Origin: an uncultured Gemmatimonadales bacterium
GTDB lineage: Bacteria > Gemmatimonadota > Gemmatimonadetes > Gemmatimonadales > Gemmatimonadaceae
Direction of reading: 5' to 3'
Assembly (NCBI GenBank): GCA_963793305.1
Contig: CAWBZV010000014.1
Coordinates: 64,001 to 128,000 of the forward strand
Length of the DNA stretch: 64,000 nt
Below, in pieces: positions 38,083 through 49,463 of this stretch. Under the pieces are notes generated by a model. That model was not told the origin of the DNA and did no database searches. It saw only the letters and a list, made by a program, of their open reading frames with translations. Position 1 is the first letter of the stretch, and each line of letters opens with the position of its first letter. A program made the translations under genes and the position numbers.

Positions 38083-39991
38083 TCGCATCGGGATGCTCCA
38101 GGCGGCGCTGATCGCCTTCATGGTCGCGCTGATCGGGAAGGCGGCACAGGTGCAGCTCTGGCAAGGGCGGGAGTGGGCCGCGAAAGCCCAGCGCCAGCAG
38201 GTGGAGCGCGCGCCGCTGCTCGTGCCGCGCGGGCCCATTCTCGACGCGACCGGGGCGGTGCTCGTCGAGAGCCGCAATGTCGTGCGCCTCCGCGTGGCGC
38301 CGCGCGAGGTCAAGAATCGCCGCGCGTTGGCCGTCGCGTTGACGCACTTGGGGCTCGGCGGAGATTGGGTCCGGCGGGCGACCGATACGACCGAGAAATG
38401 GGTCGAGATTCCCGGACGTTATCTCGCCACGGACGTCCAGAGCATTCTGGCGACGCCGGGTGTTCATCCGGAGATGCTGGTGGACCGGGTACCGATCGCG
38501 TCCGAAGGGTTACGCCGGGTGATCGGACGACCACCTGATGAGGGCCTGGAGTCCACGCTCGACAGCGTGCTGCGCGGCGTCGCTTTCCAGGAGACCCTGT
38601 TACGCGACGCGCGCGGCACCCAGTTCGAGGCGCCCGGAGGCGATGCGCCGACGCCGAAAGACGGCGACACCGTCGTGCTGACGATCAATAATGCGCTGCA
38701 GGAGATCTGCGAGCGCGCGTTGGCCGGCGAGGTGGCGGCCGAGGGCGCGAGCGGCGGCGATATCGTGGTGATCGATCCGCGCGACGGCTCGATCTTGGCA
38801 ATGGCGTCGAGCCGGCGCGATCCGCGGTCGATCGAGGCGACGGCGCTGACGGAGCCGTTCGAGCCGGGTTCGACGATCAAGCCTTTTATTGCCGCGTCAC
38901 TGCTCGCGCGTGGCAAGGCGACTCCGGACGAAACGGTCGATACCCATGGTGGCACGTTCGAGTTGAACGGCCGCACGTTGACCAATGAGCACAAGGCCGA
39001 CCGGCTGGCGCTCCGCGATGTGATCCGGTTGTCGAGCAATATCGGGATCGCCGAGTTCGCCGAGCGATTGACCGAGGGCGAGGAGTACGAGACACTGCGG
39101 GACCTCGGGTTCGGGATGCCGACCGGCGTGCCATACCCCGCCGAGTCACCGGGGACGCTCCGCCGGCCGATCGATTGGTCGAAGCAATCACCGGCGTCCC
39201 TTGCCATCGGATACGAGCTCGCCGTCACGCCACTGCAGTTGGCGATGGCGTACGCTAGTATCGCGAACGGGGGTGAATTACTGGAGCCGGGACTCGTACG
39301 GGAGGTCAGGCGATCCGACGGCACCGTGCTGTACCGGCATGTACGCCGTGCCATTCGACGTGTGATGCCCGTCACAGTCGCGGACACCGTGCGGGCCATG
39401 TTGGTCGAGACCGTGGCGCATGGGACGGGATCGAAGGCCGATTTGTCGACCTTTTCCGTCGCCGGGAAAACGGGGACCGCGCGCCGCACGGAGCGAAATC
39501 GGGGATATGTGGCCGGAGCATATACCGCGACGTTCGTCGGACTCTTCCCGGCGGCCAATCCACAGTACGTTATTCTCGTGAAGATCAACGATCCACCCGC
39601 GCGAGGTGAGAGTTACTTCGCGGCGAAGGCCGCCGCGCCGGTGGCGAGGACCGTGCTCGAGGCGGCGGTCGCCGCCCGCGACGCATCGCTCGATCGTGGT
39701 GCGCTGGCCGCGCGGAAGGCAGCGCCGGCCGAAACCACGGTGGTTGCCGCCGCGGCGGATATCGCGAGCAGCGTCACGGTCGATCTTCCCCTTCGTCCCG
39801 CGCATTCGGGTCCCACGGGCGCGCCACGCGCCGTGCCCGACGTCCACGGGATGTCGCTGCGCGCCGCGGTCCATGCGCTGCATCGCGCGGGGTTAAAAGT
39901 GGAGCTCATCGAGTCCGCGCCTGGGGTGACGATACCCGTTGCCGGGACAGTCGTCCCCGAAGGGGCCATCGTGAAATTGGGTCGGTTGTGA
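38069..39991 (+). CDS. ftsI: Class B penicillin-binding protein with PASTA domain
   Basis: EPGSTIK (SxxK), SSN, GKTGT, C-terminal VPDVHGMSLR. Confidence 0.9.
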   Translation: MRRISRIGMLQAALIAFMVALIGKAAQVQLWQGREWAAKAQRQQVERAPLLVPRGPILDATGAVLVESRNVVRLRVAPREVKNRRALAVALTHLGLGGDWVRRATDTTEKWVEIPGRYLATDVQSILATPGVHPEMLVDRVPIASEGLRRVIGRPPDEGLESTLDSVLRGVAFQETLLRDARGTQFEAPGGDAPTPKDGDTVVLTINNALQEICERALAGEVAAEGASGGDIVVIDPRDGSILAMASSRRDPRSIEATALTEPFEPGSTIKPFIAASLLARGKATPDETVDTHGGTFELNGRTLTNEHKADRLALRDVIRLSSNIGIAEFAERLTEGEEYETLRDLGFGMPTGVPYPAESPGTLRRPIDWSKQSPASLAIGYELAVTPLQLAMAYASIANGGELLEPGLVREVRRSDGTVLYRHVRRAIRRVMPVTVADTVRAMLVETVAHGTGSKADLSTFSVAGKTGTARRTERNRGYVAGAYTATFVGLFPAANPQYVILVKINDPPARGESYFAAKAAAPVARTVLEAAVAARDASLDRGALAARKAAPAETTVVAAAADIASSVTVDLPLRPAHSGPTGAPRAVPDVHGMSLRAAVHALHRAGLKVELIESAPGVTIPVAGTVVPEGAIVKLGRL

Positions 39992-41419
39992 TCTCCGGCG
40001 CGATCATCGCTCGCGCATTGGCCGAAGCGGGTTTGCTCGTCTCGGCGTCGCCGGCCATGCCCAGTGAGTTCAGTGGAATCACCGACGACAGTCGTGCCGC
40101 GGAGCCGGGCACGTTGTTCATGGCCGTGCGCGGGAGCACGCGCAATGGCCACGAGTTCTTGGCGGCCGCCGCCAGCGCTGGTGCGACGGCGGCGGTCGTC
40201 GATGATCCGGCCCGATCAACACTGCCCGTGTTCGTCGTCAGCGATACACGAGCGGCGGTCGCCACGGTGGCGTCCGCGGCGTATGACTACCCTGCGCGAG
40301 CGCTCCACGCTGTTGGCGTGACGGGCACCAACGGCAAGAGCACCACGGTGGCGCTCGTGCGGCACCTGCTCGACCAACCGGCAGCCTCTCTCGGCACCAT
40401 AGGCGTTTTCGTGGGCGACACGCCGTTCGGCGAGACCGGCCTCACCACGCCCGGGCCGATTGAGCTGCAGCGCGTGTTGCGTCTCCTGGTCGATCGGGGC
40501 GTGCGGTCGTTGGCGATGGAGGCTTCGTCGCATAGCCTCGATCAGCATCGCATCGATGGCATGCAGTTCGAGGCCGCGGTGTTCACGAACCTGACCCGCG
40601 ATCATCTCGATTATCACGGCACCATGGAAGCCTACTTCGCGGCGAAGGCCCGGCTGATCTCATATCTCACGCCGACTGGCACCGCCGTGGTCAACGCCGA
40701 CGATCCCGTCTGGCAGAATCTTCCCCCGGCTCCCCGCCGTCTCACGTTCTCGGCCACCAATCGGCCCGCGGATCTCAGGGCGACCAACGTGCGGTACACG
40801 CCTCGGGGCAGTGAGTGGCGCCTCAATGACCATGTTGTCCACCTCCCGCTGATCGGTGCGTTCAATATCGAGAACGCGCTGGGAGCGGCCGGTGCGGCGC
40901 AGGCCCTGGGAGTGGAACTGAAGACGGTCGCCCAGCGACTGGAAACCGTTCCCCAGGTGCCGGGCCGGCTCGAGGTCCTGCACGATCACCCGACGGTGCT
41001 GCGCGATTACGCGCACACGCCCGAATGCGATCGAGCGGGCCCTCGAGGCCGTGCGACCGTTTACCCGTGGCCGGCTGATCATTGTCTTTGGAGCCGGAGG
41101 AGATCGGGATCGAGGCAAACGACCGGCAATGGGCTCGGTCAGCGAGCGCCTCGCGGATACCGTGATCATCACCAGCGACAACCCGAGAACCGAAGACCCC
41201 GAGCGCATCCTCGACGAGATCGAGACGGGGATGACGCGGCCGCACGAGCGCATTGAGGACCGGGAGCGCGCGATCGCGCGAGCCATCGCGCTCGCCGGGG
41301 ACGATGATGTCGTGCTGCTCGCCGGCAAAGGACACGAGACGTACCAGGTGCGTGGGACGACGAACTATCCGTTCGACGAGCGGGTGATCGTGCGGACGTT
41401 GCTCAGCTCCGCCGCGTGA
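39988..41419 (+). CDS. murE: MurE ligase (apparent +1 frameshift at ~41024)
   Basis: GVTGTNGKST, TNLTRDHLDYHG, DYAHTPD(A) after repair, DNPR (meso-DAP-type motif), LAGKGHE. Confidence 0.92.
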
Positions 41420-42753
41420 CGTTCTGGACGCTCGACCGCGTGGCGCAGGCCCTGGGCACCGGGCCTCGCGGGAGCCAAGCGCTGGCCGCGGTATCCACGG
41501 ACACCCGGACGGCCGGGCCGGACGATCTCCTCGTGGCGCTCGCCGGCCCACGATACGACGCGCATGACTTCCTCGGCGCCGCAATCGAGCGCGGATGCGC
41601 CGCGCTCGTCGTCTCCCGCCTCCCACGCGAGCGGTTCGGCGTGCCGATATATCACGTTCCCGACACCCTGGCCGCCCTCGGGTCGCTGGCTCGCTACCGT
41701 CGCCGGGCTTGGGGCAAGACTGTGATCGCCATCGCCGGGTCCAACGGAAAAACGTCGACCAAGGATCTCGTACGATCGGCCCTCGGATCGGTCCTCGAGG
41801 TTCATGCCACAACCGGTAATCTGAATAACCAGATCGGCGTGCCGCTGACCCTCCTAGGCGTGCCCGACTCGGCGGACATTGCGGTCATCGAAATGGGTAC
41901 GAACTATCCCGGCGAGATCCCGATCCTCCGCTCAATCGTCGAGCCGGACCTGGCCATTGTGACGTCTATTGGTGAGGAGCATCTGGAAGGCTTTCACGAC
42001 CTGGCCGGCGTTCTCGCTGAGGAAGGCTCGGTCTTTGACGGCGTACCCATCGGTATTGTTCCCGCCGCCGAGCCGGAGCTTGTCGCGTTGGCGCGCCGCA
42101 AGGCGCGTCACGTGCTCACGGCCGGACTGGACGAGGGCGACGTGCATGCCGATTCCTGGGATGTGGGCGCTGGCACTATCCGATTCCGTAACGTGGACGT
42201 GACTGTCCCTCTGCGCGGCGCGCACAACCTGCGCAATGCCATGCTAGCACTGGCCGCCGCCGATGCGTGTGGGGTACTGCCCGAGCGAGCGGCAGTCGGC
42301 ATCGCCGCGACCCCGGCGCCGGCAATGCGATCGGCCGTCACGCCGCTCGGCGGGCGCGGAGCAACGTTGATCAACGATGCCTACAACGCGAACCCGGCGT
42401 CGATGCGCGCCGCGCTGGACATGCTGGCGGGTATGGGTGTCGGGCGGCAGCGGGTAGTCGTCCTGGGGACGATGCGCGAGCTCGGCCCGAATTCGCCCGC
42501 TCTCCACGCCGACACCGCTCGGGCGGCTCTCGCTGGACCTTTCGACGTTGTCGCCGGGATCGGGGATCTCGGCGCCGCGCTGCGCGCGGTCGCCCCGGCC
42601 GATGCGCGTGTGGTGACGGCGACTGACGTCGACGATCTCTGGCCATGTTTGCGACCGAAGCTCGCCCATGACGCCATCATTCTGATCAAAGCATCCCGTG
42701 GGGTGCGACTCGAACGTTTGGTTCCCTATCTCACCGACTGGGCGACGACGTAG
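41416..42753 (+). CDS. murF: MurF ligase
   Basis: AGSNGKTSTK, NNQIGVP, NDAYNANP, KASRG. Confidence 0.94.
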   Translation: MTFWTLDRVAQALGTGPRGSQALAAVSTDTRTAGPDDLLVALAGPRYDAHDFLGAAIERGCAALVVSRLPRERFGVPIYHVPDTLAALGSLARYRRRAWGKTVIAIAGSNGKTSTKDLVRSALGSVLEVHATTGNLNNQIGVPLTLLGVPDSADIAVIEMGTNYPGEIPILRSIVEPDLAIVTSIGEEHLEGFHDLAGVLAEEGSVFDGVPIGIVPAAEPELVALARRKARHVLTAGLDEGDVHADSWDVGAGTIRFRNVDVTVPLRGAHNLRNAMLALAAADACGVLPERAAVGIAATPAPAMRSAVTPLGGRGATLINDAYNANPASMRAALDMLAGMGVGRQRVVVLGTMRELGPNSPALHADTARAALAGPFDVVAGIGDLGAALRAVAPADARVVTATDVDDLWPCLRPKLAHDAIILIKASRGVRLERLVPYLTDWATT

Positions 42754-43895
42754 TGCTCTACCACTTTCTGGCGCCGCTGTCGCGCACGATCAAGCTGTTC
42801 AATCTGTTCAACTATATCACGTTCCGCGCGGCCGGCGCGTTCGTGACATCGTTGCTCGTCGCGTTCTTGATTGGACCGGCCATTATTGCCAGGCTCCGGG
42901 CCATGTCCGTCAACCAGGTCGTGCGCGAGGGCACGCCGGAGACCCACGCGAAGAAAAAGAACACGCCCACGATGGGTGGTCTCATCATCCTGTGTGCGAC
43001 GCTCGTGCCGACACTCCTGTGGGCGAAGCTCGACAATCGCTACGTCGTGTTGGCGTTGATCGTGATGGCGTGGATGGGCCTGATCGGTTTTCTGGATGAT
43101 TATCTCAAGTTGTTGCAAAAAAGACGGGGAGTAAAAAACGAGGGCCTCGTCGAGAAATACAAACTGGCCGGACAGATCGCGATCGGGCTCGCGCTCGGCA
43201 TCTACCTGTGGAAATACCCGATCTCGACACTGCCCGGGGCGTCGACGACGCTGCCGTTCTTCAAGTACGTGCTCGTCGTTCCCGCCGCCGCGTGGCTGGG
43301 GTGGGTGTATGTTGGGTTCACGACGTTTGTGCTGACCGGGACATCGAACGCCGTGAACTTCACTGATGGGCTCGATGGGTTGGCCGCGGGACTCTGCGCG
43401 ATCGCGGCGCTGACGTTCGCGCTGTTCGCATATGTGATCGGCCGTGTCGATACGAGCGCGTATCTCCAGATCTATTATCTCCGCGGCGCTGGTGAGCTCA
43501 CGGTGTTTTGTACCGCCATCTTTGGGGCGACGATTGGATTCTTGTGGTACAACGCGTATCCGGCCGAGGTGTTCATGGGGGATACGGGATCGCTCGCCTT
43601 GGGCGGGGCGCTGGGGGCGATCGCTATCTTGCTGAAAAGTGAGTTCTTGTTACTGCTCATCGGCGGGGTGTTCGTGGCCGAGAGCGTATCGGTAATCATC
43701 CAACGATCGGTGTTCAAGTATCGCAAGATGCGATTCGGCCTCGAGTACGCGCAGGCGCACCGCGTATTCAAGCGCGCCCCCATCCATCACCACTTCGAGC
43801 TGCTGGGCTGGCCCGAGCCGCAGATCGTCGTGCGATTCTGGATCATCGGCATCCTGTTCGCGACCCTCGCGTTGTCCACGCTCAAGCTGCGGTGA
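42753..43895 (+). CDS. mraY: Phospho-N-acetylmuramoyl-pentapeptide transferase
   Basis: TPTMGG, DDYLK, NFTDGLDGL, FMGDTGS, APIHHHFE. Confidence 0.96.
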   Translation: MLYHFLAPLSRTIKLFNLFNYITFRAAGAFVTSLLVAFLIGPAIIARLRAMSVNQVVREGTPETHAKKKNTPTMGGLIILCATLVPTLLWAKLDNRYVVLALIVMAWMGLIGFLDDYLKLLQKRRGVKNEGLVEKYKLAGQIAIGLALGIYLWKYPISTLPGASTTLPFFKYVLVVPAAAWLGWVYVGFTTFVLTGTSNAVNFTDGLDGLAAGLCAIAALTFALFAYVIGRVDTSAYLQIYYLRGAGELTVFCTAIFGATIGFLWYNAYPAEVFMGDTGSLALGGALGAIAILLKSEFLLLLIGGVFVAESVSVIIQRSVFKYRKMRFGLEYAQAHRVFKRAPIHHHFELLGWPEPQIVVRFWIIGILFATLALSTLKLR

Positions 43896-45217
43896 CCGGC
43901 GAAGTCGCGGTACTCGGCCTCGGCAAGAGCGGTCGCTCGGCGGCCCTCTTGCTGGCCCGCGAGGGTCGCCAGGTCTACCTGTCGGACGCCGATGCCAATG
44001 CGTCGTGGTCCGCTCCCGATGGGATCGCGGTCGAAGCCGGACGCCATGATCTGGCCCGCATCGGCGCGGCATCACTCGTCGTCACGAGCCCCGGGATTCC
44101 TCCCACGGCGCCACCCTTGGCCGCCGCTCGTGCAGCGGGCGTCCCGGTCATCTCGGAAGTCGAGCTCGCGCTACGGGCCATGCCGGGGTTGCGGTATATC
44201 GCCGTCACCGGGACGAACGGCAAGACGACCACCACGGCGCTCATCGGCCATCTCCTGCGCGGTCTGGGCTACACGGCCATCGACGCGGGCAACATCGGCT
44301 TGCCATTGGCCGAGGTCGCGTTGGAGTCGCCAAAGGTCGATTGGATCACGCTCGAGCTCTCGTCGTTCCAACTGCACGATACGCCATCGGTCGACCCCAC
44401 CGTCGGGGTCCTCACGAATCTGAGTCCCGATCATCTCGATCGGTACGCGACCGTCGAGGACTATTATGCCGATAAGCGGCGGTTGTTCGCCAATGCGCGC
44501 GGAACGTCGCGGCTCATCGTCAATGCCAATGACCCCGCGTCGTTGGGATTGGTGGCGGGCGTGCTGGGGACGCACTATCACTTCACGGTGGCTGGGCATC
44601 CGGCTGACGCATCACTCCGAGCGGATACCCTGACGCTTGGCAACGACGTATTGATCAGCCGTGACGATTTGCATCTCCTCGGCAACCATAATGTCGCCAA
44701 TGCGCTGGCGGCGGTCTTGGCGGTCACGGCAGCCGATCCCGATCACCGCTCGCCGATGGTCCGCGAGCGCCTCGCCGAGGCCCTGCGGACGTTTCATGCA
44801 TTGCCGCATCGCCTCCAGCTCGTTGGCGAATACCTCGGCGTGCAGTGGATCAACGATTCCAAGGCGACGAACGTGAGCTCGGCGCTCGTCGCGCTCGAAA
44901 GCATGACGCGGCCGACGATCCTGCTCGCGGGCGGCGTGCACAAAGGCGAGCCATATACCGCCCTGGCTGCCCCGTTGGCACGCATTGGCAAAGCGGTCCT
45001 TGCCTATGGCGAGGCGGCACCGCTCATCGTAGCGGATCTCGCCGGGAAAGTTCCAGTGGAGCGGCTCGGCAATAACTTCAACGAGGTCATTGCTCGTGCC
45101 CGGGCCCTCGCAACACCTGGCGACGCAATCCTGTTGGCGCCCGCGTGCTCCAGCTTCGACATGTTCCACAACTATGCTGAGCGGGGCGAGACGTTCGCGC
45201 GTTTGGCGCCGACATGA
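43892..45217 (+). CDS. murD: MurD ligase
   Basis: GTNGKTTT, ELSSFQL, DHLDRY, NDSKATN, PACSSFD. Confidence 0.95.
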   Translation: MTGEVAVLGLGKSGRSAALLLAREGRQVYLSDADANASWSAPDGIAVEAGRHDLARIGAASLVVTSPGIPPTAPPLAAARAAGVPVISEVELALRAMPGLRYIAVTGTNGKTTTTALIGHLLRGLGYTAIDAGNIGLPLAEVALESPKVDWITLELSSFQLHDTPSVDPTVGVLTNLSPDHLDRYATVEDYYADKRRLFANARGTSRLIVNANDPASLGLVAGVLGTHYHFTVAGHPADASLRADTLTLGNDVLISRDDLHLLGNHNVANALAAVLAVTAADPDHRSPMVRERLAEALRTFHALPHRLQLVGEYLGVQWINDSKATNVSSALVALESMTRPTILLAGGVHKGEPYTALAAPLARIGKAVLAYGEAAPLIVADLAGKVPVERLGNNFNEVIARARALATPGDAILLAPACSSFDMFHNYAERGETFARLAPT

Positions 45218-46359
45218 AAGAGCGATTCCGTTGGCGAATCGGCGTCGAGGCCCGCGCGCTCGTCGTGCTGACGGCCGCGATGTTGGCGTTTGGCCTGGCG
45301 GTACTCTATAGCGCCAGCTCGATGTCGGCGATTCAAGAGCACCGGTCGAACGCCTTTTATCTCTTACGGCAGCTTTCGGGCGTCGCCATCGGGGTTATTG
45401 CATTCGCCATCGCGGCGAAGATGGACGCCGAGCGATGGTATAAGTGGGCATGGCCGCTCATGCTCGTCACGCTCGTACTGATGCTGGTAACGATCCTGCC
45501 ATTCACGCGCTCGATCGCACCAGTCATCCACGGTTCGCGCCGTTTCTTGATCGGCTCGTCAATTCAACCGTCCGAGATCGGCCGGTTCGCGGTCGTCATT
45601 TGGTCTGCCATGCTGGTCGTCAAAAAAGGCCCGCAGCTGCACCGGCTCACGAAGGGTTTCCTGCCATTTCTCGTCGTTGTCGGCGCGCTCGACGTATTGG
45701 TGGTATTGGAGCCCGACCTGTCGACGGCGCTCCTGTATACGCTCCTCATGACCGTCGTGCTCTTCGCCGGCGGCGTGCGCATCGGATTTCTGCTCGTGAT
45801 GTTGGTGATCGGCGCGCCGGTGCTGTGGCACGAGGCACAGCATCTGCAATACGTATTCGCGCGAATCGTGTCCTTCGCGAACGCGGGACCGAATGTCACC
45901 GCGATCAATTATCAGCTCCGGCAATCGTTGATCGCGGTGGGATCGGGACGGTTGCTCGGCGTCGGCTTCGGGCACGGGCATCAGCAAGGTGGGTTCGTGC
46001 CATTCCCGTACGACGACTTTATCGGGAGCACCATTGGCGAGGAGTGGGGGTTCGTCGGCATCCTCTTCATCGCGCTCGCGTTTGGCGCGTGGGCCTGGCT
46101 CGGCATTCGGGTGGCGAGAGAGGCGCGCAACCAGTTCCTCCAGCTCGTGGCGATCGGCATCACCTTCTCTGTGACCGTGACGGCGTTTCTGCATCTCGGC
46201 GTCGTGATCGGCCTCCTGCCGACAACCGGCCTGACCTTGCCATTCGTCTCATACGGCCGATCTGATCTCATCCTCTCGTTGTTCCTGACTGGCCTCCTCG
46301 TGAACATCGGGAGCGTGCGCGAGCGGGTGATCGTCAATACGGCGACAGATCCGCCATGA
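45214..46359 (+). CDS. ftsW: SEDS family peptidoglycan polymerase FtsW
   Basis: Multi-TM, IQPSE, EPDL, GEEWG, TGLTLPFVSYG. Confidence 0.92.
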   Translation: MKERFRWRIGVEARALVVLTAAMLAFGLAVLYSASSMSAIQEHRSNAFYLLRQLSGVAIGVIAFAIAAKMDAERWYKWAWPLMLVTLVLMLVTILPFTRSIAPVIHGSRRFLIGSSIQPSEIGRFAVVIWSAMLVVKKGPQLHRLTKGFLPFLVVVGALDVLVVLEPDLSTALLYTLLMTVVLFAGGVRIGFLLVMLVIGAPVLWHEAQHLQYVFARIVSFANAGPNVTAINYQLRQSLIAVGSGRLLGVGFGHGHQQGGFVPFPYDDFIGSTIGEEWGFVGILFIALAFGAWAWLGIRVAREARNQFLQLVAIGITFSVTVTAFLHLGVVIGLLPTTGLTLPFVSYGRSDLILSLFLTGLLVNIGSVRERVIVNTATDPP

Positions 46360-47438
46360 TCGTTTGGTTCGCCGGTGGAGGCACGGGCGGGCACCTGTAT
46401 CCGGGGCTGGCGATCGCGCGCGCACTGACCCGTCTCGCCCCGTCGGTGCAACCGTTCTTCATCGGCGCCCGACGAGGTATCGAGCGCGAAGTGCTCCCGC
46501 GCGAGGGCTTCCCGTTCGAGTTGCTCGATCTGCACCCGTTATATCGGCCACGGATCTGGCTCAACTGGCGCACGTTGCGCGGCGCCGTCGGTGCATGGCG
46601 GCGGCTCTCGGCGTTGGAACGCCCGACGCTCGTTGTTGGCACCGGTGGCTATGCGTCCGCTCTGGCGCTGGCCTTTGCCGAAATGCACCGGATCCCATTC
46701 GTCGAGCAAGTCGCGGACAGTCATCCGGGGTTGACCGCGCGCGCATTCAGCCGTGGCGCGCGCGAAGTCTATCTCGGCTATCCTGAAGCCGAGCCATATC
46801 TGCCGCGCAAGAGTGGGGAGCCGTTTTTCGACACGGGAAACCCGATCGAGCCGCCCCCCAATCCTCGCCCGTCGCGGACCGCCGCACGGGTCGCGTGGGG
46901 CTTTCCGCCCGAAGGCGGTACGGTGCTCCTCGTCTTCGGCGGCAGCCAGGGTGCCCGGGCGCTGAATTCCGTCGTTGATACCTGGCTCAGTCGCGGCATA
47001 CCGGACTCGCTCCATGTGATCTGGGGTACGGGCAAAGCCCATTTCGATGCGCACCGTGCGCGCGCCAGCGCGCGGGTATGCGTGCGGCCGTACTTGTCGC
47101 CAATCGCCGATGCCTATGCGGCGAGTGATGTCGTGCTCGCGCGAGCGGGCGCCATGACGACGGCCGAGTTGTGCGCCTGGGGTCTTCCCATGATCCTCGT
47201 GCCGCTGCCAACGGCGGCCGCTGATCACCAGACCGCCAACGCGCGCGCGCTGGCTGCCGCCGGCGCGGCAGTGCACGTCCCACAGGCCGAGCTGACGCCT
47301 GAGCGGCTGGAGCAGGTTGTTCGGGACGTTGTCCTCAACACCGAGCGACGGAATCTACTCGCGACGGCGGCTCGTGCGCGTGGGCGGCCCGACGCCGCCA
47401 ACCACATCGCGGGACGGATACTTGCCCTGCTAGATTAG
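46356..47438 (+). CDS. murG: MurG glycosyltransferase
   Basis: GGGTGGHLYP, GGSQGA, RAGAMT, DHQTANA. Confidence 0.95.
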   Translation: MIVWFAGGGTGGHLYPGLAIARALTRLAPSVQPFFIGARRGIEREVLPREGFPFELLDLHPLYRPRIWLNWRTLRGAVGAWRRLSALERPTLVVGTGGYASALALAFAEMHRIPFVEQVADSHPGLTARAFSRGAREVYLGYPEAEPYLPRKSGEPFFDTGNPIEPPPNPRPSRTAARVAWGFPPEGGTVLLVFGGSQGARALNSVVDTWLSRGIPDSLHVIWGTGKAHFDAHRARASARVCVRPYLSPIADAYAASDVVLARAGAMTTAELCAWGLPMILVPLPTAAADHQTANARALAAAGAAVHVPQAELTPERLEQVVRDVVLNTERRNLLATAARARGRPDAANHIAGRILALLD

Positions 47439-47445
47439 CGTCGTC

Positions 47446-48792
47446 ATGCCCCTTCTCGACCCGGCGGATAGCCGCCCCATTCACTTCATCGGGATCGCCG
47501 GCGCGGGAATGAGCGCATTGGCCGACTTGTTCGCCCGACGGGGCGCGCGGGTCACGGGATGCGACGCATCCACGGGTGGCCATGATCCAGCGCACCTGCA
47601 GGGTGTTCGTGCCGTTGTCGTATCCTCGGCGATTCGGCACGACCAGCCCGAGATTGTCGCCGCGCATCAGGCCGGACTGCCAGTGATCCGTCGCGCGGAG
47701 GCGCTGGCCGAGGCGGTGGCGGGTGGTACCGTCATCGGCATCGCGGGAACACATGGGAAGACCACGACAACCGTCATGACGACCGAGGCGCTGACCGCTG
47801 CCGGCAAGGCGCCCACTGGCGTTGTCGGCGGGCGCGTCGCCGAGTGGGGAGGCAATCTGCGATTTGGCGGTCTCGATCTGTTCGTCGTCGAGGCCGACGA
47901 GTACGACCGCTCATTCCTCGCGTTGACGCCGACGATCGCTGTCGTGACGAACGTCGAGGCCGATCATCTCGACATCTATCGCGATCTCGACGATATCCGA
48001 TCGGCGTTCGCGACGTTCGTGCGCCCGGCGCGCTGGATCATTCTGTGCGCCGACGATCCCGGCGCCAATACGCTCCCGACGCCAAATACCGCGGAGATTC
48101 TGCGCTACGGCGTGACGTCCCCTGACGCACGTCTCGCTGCGCTCGACGTAACGCTCACGTCCACCGGGTCGACGTTCGCGGTCGCGTATGATGGTGACCG
48201 CCTCGGCGTCGTGGAGCTCCACGTTCCGGGTGTACACAACGTGCGCAACGCGCTCGCGGCCATCGCGTGCGGGATCGCCGAAGGCGTGCCGCTCGATGCG
48301 ATGCGACCGGGACTCGCGGCGTTCCATGGAGTGGAGCGGCGGTTCCAGCGCTTGGGTGAAGCGCGTGGAGTCACGGTGGTCGATGACTATGCGCACCACC
48401 CAACCGAGATCCGCGCCACGCTCGATGCCGCGCGCGCGGCGTTCCCAACCAAACGCATTATCGTCGCGTTTCAGCCGCACCTCTACTCGCGCACGCGAGA
48501 TTTCGCCGCCGATTTTGGGCGCGCGTTGGCGCGTGCGGACGCCGTGTATTTGACCGAGATATACCCCGCGCGCGAGCAGCCGTTGCCCGGAGTCACCTCT
48601 GAGCTCATCGCGAAGGCCGCTGCCGACGCCGGGCGGCCTGTCGCGTGGCGTGGAAACCGGGGAGATCTTGCCGGGGCGCTGGCCGCCGCGGTAAGACCCG
48701 GTGATGTCGTGCTGACGCTCGGCGCGGGCGATATCACGCGGACCGGACCCGAGCTCCTCGCGGCGTTGCGGCCTAACGGGGCTGCGGCGTGA
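47446..48792 (+). CDS. murC: MurC ligase
   Basis: GIAGAGMS, GTHGKTTTT, EADEYD, DDYAHHPTE, FQPHLYSRT. Confidence 0.96.
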   Translation: MPLLDPADSRPIHFIGIAGAGMSALADLFARRGARVTGCDASTGGHDPAHLQGVRAVVVSSAIRHDQPEIVAAHQAGLPVIRRAEALAEAVAGGTVIGIAGTHGKTTTTVMTTEALTAAGKAPTGVVGGRVAEWGGNLRFGGLDLFVVEADEYDRSFLALTPTIAVVTNVEADHLDIYRDLDDIRSAFATFVRPARWIILCADDPGANTLPTPNTAEILRYGVTSPDARLAALDVTLTSTGSTFAVAYDGDRLGVVELHVPGVHNVRNALAAIACGIAEGVPLDAMRPGLAAFHGVERRFQRLGEARGVTVVDDYAHHPTEIRATLDAARAAFPTKRIIVAFQPHLYSRTRDFAADFGRALARADAVYLTEIYPAREQPLPGVTSELIAKAAADAGRPVAWRGNRGDLAGALAAAVRPGDVVLTLGAGDITRTGPELLAALRPNGAAA

Positions 48793-49463
48793 CCCGCACC
48801 CGCCTGGCCCTCCTCGGCGTGCTCGGCATCGTGCTCGTCGCCGCGCCGTGGTGGGGACGCCGCGCGCTGCGCGCGCTCGCGTATTTTCATGTGCGGTCGG
48901 TGCAGGTCGTCGGCGCCCACTATCTGGCACCCCGAGATGTCGTCGCCGCGATGCGAGTCGATACCAATGCGTCCACATGGGACGATCTCAGGCCGTATGC
49001 TTCGCGCGTGAATACGTTGGCATTGGTGCGACACGCGGACGTGGAGCGGGAGCTGCCCGGTACTCTCGTCGTGCACGTGACCGAGACTGCGCCAGTCGCG
49101 ATGGTGCCGGGCGCGGGTGGGCTCCGCGTCTACGATGCGCGGGCCCGGGTGCTGCCGATCGACCCGGCGAGAGCCGATGTCGACGTGCCGGTCATCGATC
49201 GGCCGGACGCCGTCGTCACCCGCTTGCTCGCTGGCGTCGAGGTGATGAGCCCCCGCATGTTCGCGCGGATCAGCTCCGTGAGTCGCTCTGGTGAGCAGAT
49301 CATCGTGCAACTGGATCGAGGCGTGGTCAGGGCGGGAATCGACGTCACGCCCGAGCGCCTCGCGGGAGCGGGGCTCGTGGCCGCGGATCTCGATCGGCGC
49401 GGGCAGCATTACACGGAGCTCGATCTCCGCTATCGCGATCAAATCGTGGCGAGGCTCCAGTAA
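48789..49463 (+). CDS. ftsQ: FtsQ/DivIB POTRA-domain protein
   Basis: TM, POTRA (VERELPGTLVVHVTE), C-terminal ELDLRYRDQIV. Confidence 0.82.
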   Translation: MTRTRLALLGVLGIVLVAAPWWGRRALRALAYFHVRSVQVVGAHYLAPRDVVAAMRVDTNASTWDDLRPYASRVNTLALVRHADVERELPGTLVVHVTETAPVAMVPGAGGLRVYDARARVLPIDPARADVDVPVIDRPDAVVTRLLAGVEVMSPRMFARISSVSRSGEQIIVQLDRGVVRAGIDVTPERLAGAGLVAADLDRRGQHYTELDLRYRDQIVARLQ